From an uncultured Candidatus Binatia bacterium (GTDB lineage Bacteria; Desulfobacterota; Binatia; UBA9968; JAJDTQ01), in NCBI GenBank assembly GCA_965242525.1, contig OZ251459.1, positions 2,464,001-2,528,000 of the forward strand: a stretch of DNA of 64,000 nucleotides, given 5' to 3'. A program made the translations under genes and the position numbers. Of this stretch, positions 61,421 through 64,000 are shown piece by piece. The notes below the pieces were generated by a model, which had not been told where the DNA came from, searched no databases, and saw only the letters and a program-made list of their open reading frames with translations. Numbering within the stretch: the first letter of the stretch is position 1; every line of letters begins with the position of its first letter.

Positions 61421-62407
61421 TCAGGGAGCGGACGCCCGCCGACGGCGCGCGAGCTCCGCGGCCAGCAGGATCGCCTGCTTCATGCTGCGGCCGTCGGCCA
61501 CGCCCTTGCCGGCGATGTCGCAGGCGGTCCCGTGGTCCGCGGAGGTCCGCACCAGGGGCAGGCCCAGGGTCAGGTTGACGCCGTCGGTGAAGTGCAGCAG
61601 CTTGAAGGGGCCGAGTCCCTGGTCGTGGTACATGCACACCACCGCGTCGTACTCCCCGCGCGCGGCCTTGTGGAACAGGCTGTCCGCGGGGACCGGGCCG
61701 GACACGTCCATGCCCCGGGCCCGGCACTCGCGCACCGCGGGGCGGACCACCCTGCGTTCCTCATGGCCGAACATGCCGTCTTCGCCCCCGTGGGGGTTCA
61801 GGGCGGCCACCGCCAGCCGCGGCCGGGCCAGGCCGAACCACTGCCGCAAAGACCGATGGGTCAACTCCACGGTGGCGCGCACCCGCTTGCGCGTCAGCGC
61901 CCCGGGCACTTGCGCCAGAGGCAGGTGCACCGTCGCCAGCGCCACCTTGAGGCGCGGCCCCAGGAGCATCATGCGCACTTCCCGGGTGCGGGTGAGCTCG
62001 GCCAGGAGCTCGGTGTGGCCGGGGTAGAGGCGTCCGGCGTCGTTCAGGCCCTTCTTGTGGATGGGCGCGGTGGCCATGGCGTGGGCGCGGCCGGCGTCGA
62101 TGAGCTCCACCGCCCGGACGACGTAGCGGTAGGAGGCTTCGCCGCCGGCCCGGGTGGGGCGGCCGGGGCGGCTCTCCGCGGGTCGCAGCCGGGTGACCGG
62201 CTCCACCAGGACGGGGGCGTCCGCGCGGGCGGGCGCTGTGCGGTCCGGCCATCGAGGGGCCCGGGCGCGCTCCAGCACCCCCCGGTCGCCCACCACCACC
62301 ATGCGGCACGCCCGCCGCACCGCGGGGTCCCGGGCGGCCTTGACCACCACCTCGGGGCCGATGCCCGAGGGGTCGCCCAGGGTGACGGCCACCGTAGGTC
62401 TGGACAT
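61421..62407 (-). CDS. pdxA: 4-hydroxythreonine-4-phosphate dehydrogenase
   Basis: [37 protein letters not shown]. Confidence 0.95.
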   Translation of the reverse strand: MSRPTVAVTLGDPSGIGPEVVVKAARDPAVRRACRMVVVGDRGVLERARAPRWPDRTAPARADAPVLVEPVTRLRPAESRPGRPTRAGGEASYRYVVRAVELIDAGRAHAMATAPIHKKGLNDAGRLYPGHTELLAELTRTREVRMMLLGPRLKVALATVHLPLAQVPGALTRKRVRATVELTHRSLRQWFGLARPRLAVAALNPHGGEDGMFGHEERRVVRPAVRECRARGMDVSGPVPADSLFHKAARGEYDAVVCMYHDQGLGPFKLLHFTDGVNLTLGLPLVRTSADHGTACDIAGKGVADGRSMKQAILLAAELARRRRASAP

Positions 62408-62463
62408 GGCGCTGCGGGCGGACGAGCCGCGGGACGCGAGACCCGGGGCGGACCCCCCGGTCC

Positions 62464-63744
62464 CTACGGAGAGCCTCCGGCGTCCGCGCCCTCGGAAGGC
62501 GCCGGCGCCTCGCGTTCGAGGGGCTCGTCCAGGGGCACGTCGTCGTCATCGCCCACGTCGGTGGTGAAGAGCGGCATGCCGAACAGGCTCACCACCTTGC
62601 GGTCGGTGGGGGCTCCGGACGGGTCCCGTACGACTTCCTGGTCGAAGATGTACGACAGCGGGTTGATGTAGTCCACGAAGCCCCACTCTTCGTCGTCGGC
62701 CGCGGACGAGGCCATCAGGTTGCCCACCGTGCCGCGCTTGGCCTGCTGGGCTTCGAAGGCGTAGCCCTCGAGCTTCACCTCCACCCGGTGCTTCTTGCGC
62801 AAGTCGGTCCGGAGCCATTTGTCGAACCGTTCCTCCAGCGTCCGGTTGTACAGTTGCTCCCGGACCTGCTCCGAGACCGCGCCGAACCCCAGCCGCTGGC
62901 CGCCCTCGCGGCCTTCCACCCGCACTAGGTGGTATCCCAGGCTCGTGCGCACGGGTTGGCTGACGGCGCCCCGGTCGAGGGTGACCGCGACCCTGGCGAG
63001 GGAGTCCGGCAGGTTCCCGGGCTCGACCCAGCCGATGGAGCCGCCCTCGCCGGCTCCCGAGCCCTGGGAGTGGGCGCGCGCCAACCCGGCGAAGTCCGCC
63101 CCGTCGAGGATCTCGCGGCGCAGCTCCCGGAGGCGCGCCAGCACCGCCTGCTCCCGGCGGTCCGGCGCGCCCTCTTCGAGTTCCAGCATCAGGTGGCGCA
63201 GATCGACCTTGAGGCCGGTCACGTACAGGTGCGGGTTGGCCTCGTAGTAACGCCGCGCGTCCCGGTCCGTGATGTGGACCTTCTTCCTGACGTTGCGTTC
63301 GATGAGCTCGCCCCGCTCGATCTGGACCCGGACGTCTTCCCGGTACCGGGCCATGTCCTTGCCTTCCCTCTGCAACAGGGAGGTCAACTGCGCGAGCGTC
63401 AGGTCGTTCCGTTCCCGGAAGGTCCGGATGTAGCCGTCGATGTCCTCGTCGCGCACGCGGATGCCCGTGCCCTTGACCTCGGCCTCGATGAGCTCTTCGG
63501 TGATGAACTGCTCCAGCCACTCCCTGGGCGCGCGGCCCGCGGTCAGGTCGTCGAGCTGCACGTCCTGCCGCAGCCGGGCGCTGGCGAACTCGCGGAAGTC
63601 GGAATAGGTGTGGGGGACGCCGTTGACCACCACCACGACCTTCTCCACGAGACGGGCCGAGGAGGAGCCGGGGAAGGCCGCGAGTGCGGCCGCCAAGACC
63701 GCGGCGCAAAGGCCGCTCCGAGTGCGTGCGCAAAGCCGTTCCAT
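62464..63744 (-). CDS. surA: SurA-like parvulin PPIase/chaperone
   Basis: Signal peptide, [39 protein letters not shown]; mfd-surA-pdxA context. Confidence 0.8.
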   Translation of the reverse strand: MERLCARTRSGLCAAVLAAALAAFPGSSSARLVEKVVVVVNGVPHTYSDFREFASARLRQDVQLDDLTAGRAPREWLEQFITEELIEAEVKGTGIRVRDEDIDGYIRTFRERNDLTLAQLTSLLQREGKDMARYREDVRVQIERGELIERNVRKKVHITDRDARRYYEANPHLYVTGLKVDLRHLMLELEEGAPDRREQAVLARLRELRREILDGADFAGLARAHSQGSGAGEGGSIGWVEPGNLPDSLARVAVTLDRGAVSQPVRTSLGYHLVRVEGREGGQRLGFGAVSEQVREQLYNRTLEERFDKWLRTDLRKKHRVEVKLEGYAFEAQQAKRGTVGNLMASSAADDEEWGFVDYINPLSYIFDQEVVRDPSGAPTDRKVVSLFGMPLFTTDVGDDDDVPLDEPLEREAPAPSEGADAGGSP

Positions 63745-63777
63745 GTGTTCGATCCCCTGTCCGGACAACCTACATCC

Positions 63778-64000
63778 CTAGCAGAGCGCGCGCAACAGGT
63801 CGCACGCCTCGTCGATGACCGAGGGCCAGTCGGTGCGGCTCGGGGTATAGGAGAAGCGCCCCTCGGGCGAGAGCTGGAAGCCCCGGGGGTCGCTCGCCGC
63901 CAACTCCAGCAGCCGGTCCACATCGACTTTGGAGTCGGCGTGGAAACTCAGCGACAGGCGCCCGCCCTGGTAGATGGCCCGGGTCGCCAGGGAGCCAATG
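63778..64000 (-). CDS. mfd: Transcription-repair coupling factor, 3' end (partial)
   Basis: LSLSFHADSKVDVDRLLELAASDPRGFQLSPEGRF resembles the TRCF C-terminal domain; usual synteny with surA-pdxA. Confidence 0.7.
   Translation of the reverse strand, partial: IGSLATRAIYQGGRLSLSFHADSKVDVDRLLELAASDPRGFQLSPEGRFSYTPSRTDWPSVIDEACDLLRALC

Overview
GC-rich bacterial chromosome segment. Gene content and order suggest a deltaproteobacterium-like lineage, possibly a host-associated (e.g. sponge) MAG; this is inference. Core backbone: purF 3' end, a hydantoinase/oxoprolinase A+B+B' cluster, DUF164 Zn-ribbon gene, rnpB, a complete dcw cluster (mraZ to ftsZ, with an atypical STAS gene inserted), mtnA-gshA, panBC-smpB-ssrA, iscS-iscA-nifS-lpxL, uvrA, pdxA, surA and the mfd 3' end. 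Accessory patches: (i) 330-3601, a lower-GC membrane gene pair split by an internally deleted IS5 with a 4-bp TSD, plus a methyltransferase and a probable endonuclease remnant; (ii) an AbrB/PIN toxin-antitoxin pair and an AAA-PD-(D/E)XK gene; (iii) a ~9.6-kb island (38.8-48.4 kb) with an orphan AccI-like methyltransferase, a YadA adhesin behind a C30 tract, and an XRE-ImmA/IrrE regulator divergent from a double-AAA ATPase plus GIY-YIG nuclease, with a perfect palindrome over the promoter (candidate inducible defence module); (iv) a TbpB-like surface lipoprotein behind a C23 tract. Intergenic DNA holds several palindromic repeat families, including a MITE-like unit carrying the decayed 3' end of a GIY-YIG nuclease gene; inverted ends of this family also bracket the island. 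No CRISPR-cas, tRNA or rRNA was seen.
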